In this document: positions 63,063 to 64,000 of the stretch, in pieces | How positions within the stretch are numbered: the stretch's first letter is position 1 | Layout: each line of letters starts with the position of its first letter | Origin: Chiloscyllium plagiosum | Lineage: Eukaryota | Assembly (NCBI RefSeq): GCF_004010195.1 | Contig: NC_057719.1 | Location: 28,932,556 to 28,996,555 of the forward strand | Reading direction: 5' to 3' | Length of the DNA: 64,000 nucleotides | Notes under the pieces: generated by a model | The model's database searches: none | Seen by the model: the letters and a program-made list of their open reading frames with translations, nothing else | What the model was told of the DNA's origin: nothing | Program-made: the position numbers and the translations under genes

Positions 63063-63329
63063 AATTCAAGATTGTTCTAAGTGTTGGCTTTGAATATTGG
63101 GTGACTGTTCAATGGGGGCATATTGCTTGATGACCATGCAGCTACCCCCAACCAACTCCAGTGTAAAATATGGGTGGAGCTCTCTAGACTCAGTTGTACC
63201 TCAAATAATAAGTGCTCAGAAGACACGAGATATGAAAAAAAGGTAAAATGCCTCAACCACTCATTCCTAGTAGTGCTTCAGATCTAATGTTTGAGACTTC
63301 CATAGTTATATGGTGTCTTTTTTACATTA

Positions 63330-64000
63330 CAGAGGAATCTCAATTATCCAAACAAGATGGCAGGCACTATTTTGTTCGGATAATTGAGTAGTTGGTTAAT
63401 TGATTTCCTCTGGGGCTCGGAGTTTTCTGTGAAGATGCTCCCCATTCAGGAGACTAGGCAGCAGCAAGCCCTCTGCCTGTCCCCAACCCTGTCCACTCCC
63501 CACCCCCAACCAATGCCTGCTCCCGATTCTGTCTGCCCTCACACCTTGTCCACCTCCAACCCGAGCCCCTGCTCCCCCAACCCCATCCACTCCCCCACAA
63601 CCCCATCTGCTCCCACCCCACCCCCAACCCTGACCAACATCCCATCCCCCCATCCCCCTCCTGGGGCAGCCAGTCTGTACATCAACAGTAAGATGGCTGC
63701 TGCCTTTGTGGGGTACGTCTCCAAATAGCAACTGCAACCTTTTGACAAGTTCCATCTCTGCCCTGCACAGGATAATGTTGGAGAGATTATCTGAGGAAGT
63801 GGGGTTGAGGGTTCACCCCTATGTAGAACTCCAGGGAAAGTGTGGAGGGGAGAGAGAGAGAGAGAGGACGAGAGGTCAGTCATTTGGAGACAGTGCCTGG
63901 GCTGTCCAGGACTGTTCTTGGCAGCATTTCAGTGAGCCGAGTTTGTTTTTAATATTGTACCTGTAAACAAAAGGGTTGAAACAGCTCTTTGACATAATGT
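63330..64000. mobile_element. Probable Tc1/pogo(Tigger)-type non-autonomous DNA element, left end, with internal C-rich low-complexity tract (63475-63662)
   Basis: TA followed by CAGAGGAATCTCAATTATCC resembles Tigger-type termini; sub-terminal inverted repeat 63339-63353 / 63374-63388 (14/15). The other end is not seen in the window. Confidence 0.45.

Noticed and set aside
63384..63883. Pro-rich and Gly-rich ORFs
   Set aside because: Produced by a C-rich low-complexity tract inside a probable DNA-transposon relic.

Overview
Vertebrate genomic DNA, most likely a cartilaginous fish (shark), judged from its V-SINE/HE1-like, DeuSINE-like, CR1, Penelope and Rex/Babar repeats. The only host protein-coding gene I can support is a complete two-exon SIX1 homeobox gene (+, CDS 16595-17154 and 18408-18711, 287 aa). 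It lies in a ~20 kb CpG-retaining, transposon-poor domain (~10.4-31 kb) that has candidate enhancer motif clusters and a strong CTCF-like motif at its 3' edge. The flanks are dense in decayed retroelements: a Gmr1-like Gypsy element (integrase before RT), many CR1 LINEs, a near-full-length L1, and Penelope pieces carrying minimal hammerhead-ribozyme motifs. A ~20 kb nested insertion stack (41-61 kb) includes a 313-nt assembly gap. The most unusual item is an apparent single retroposed chimera of a nearly intact tRNA-Ile(AAT), a linker and a V-SINE. Nothing here is demonstrably a new biological system. All repeat and regulatory calls were made by eye and need database or experimental confirmation.
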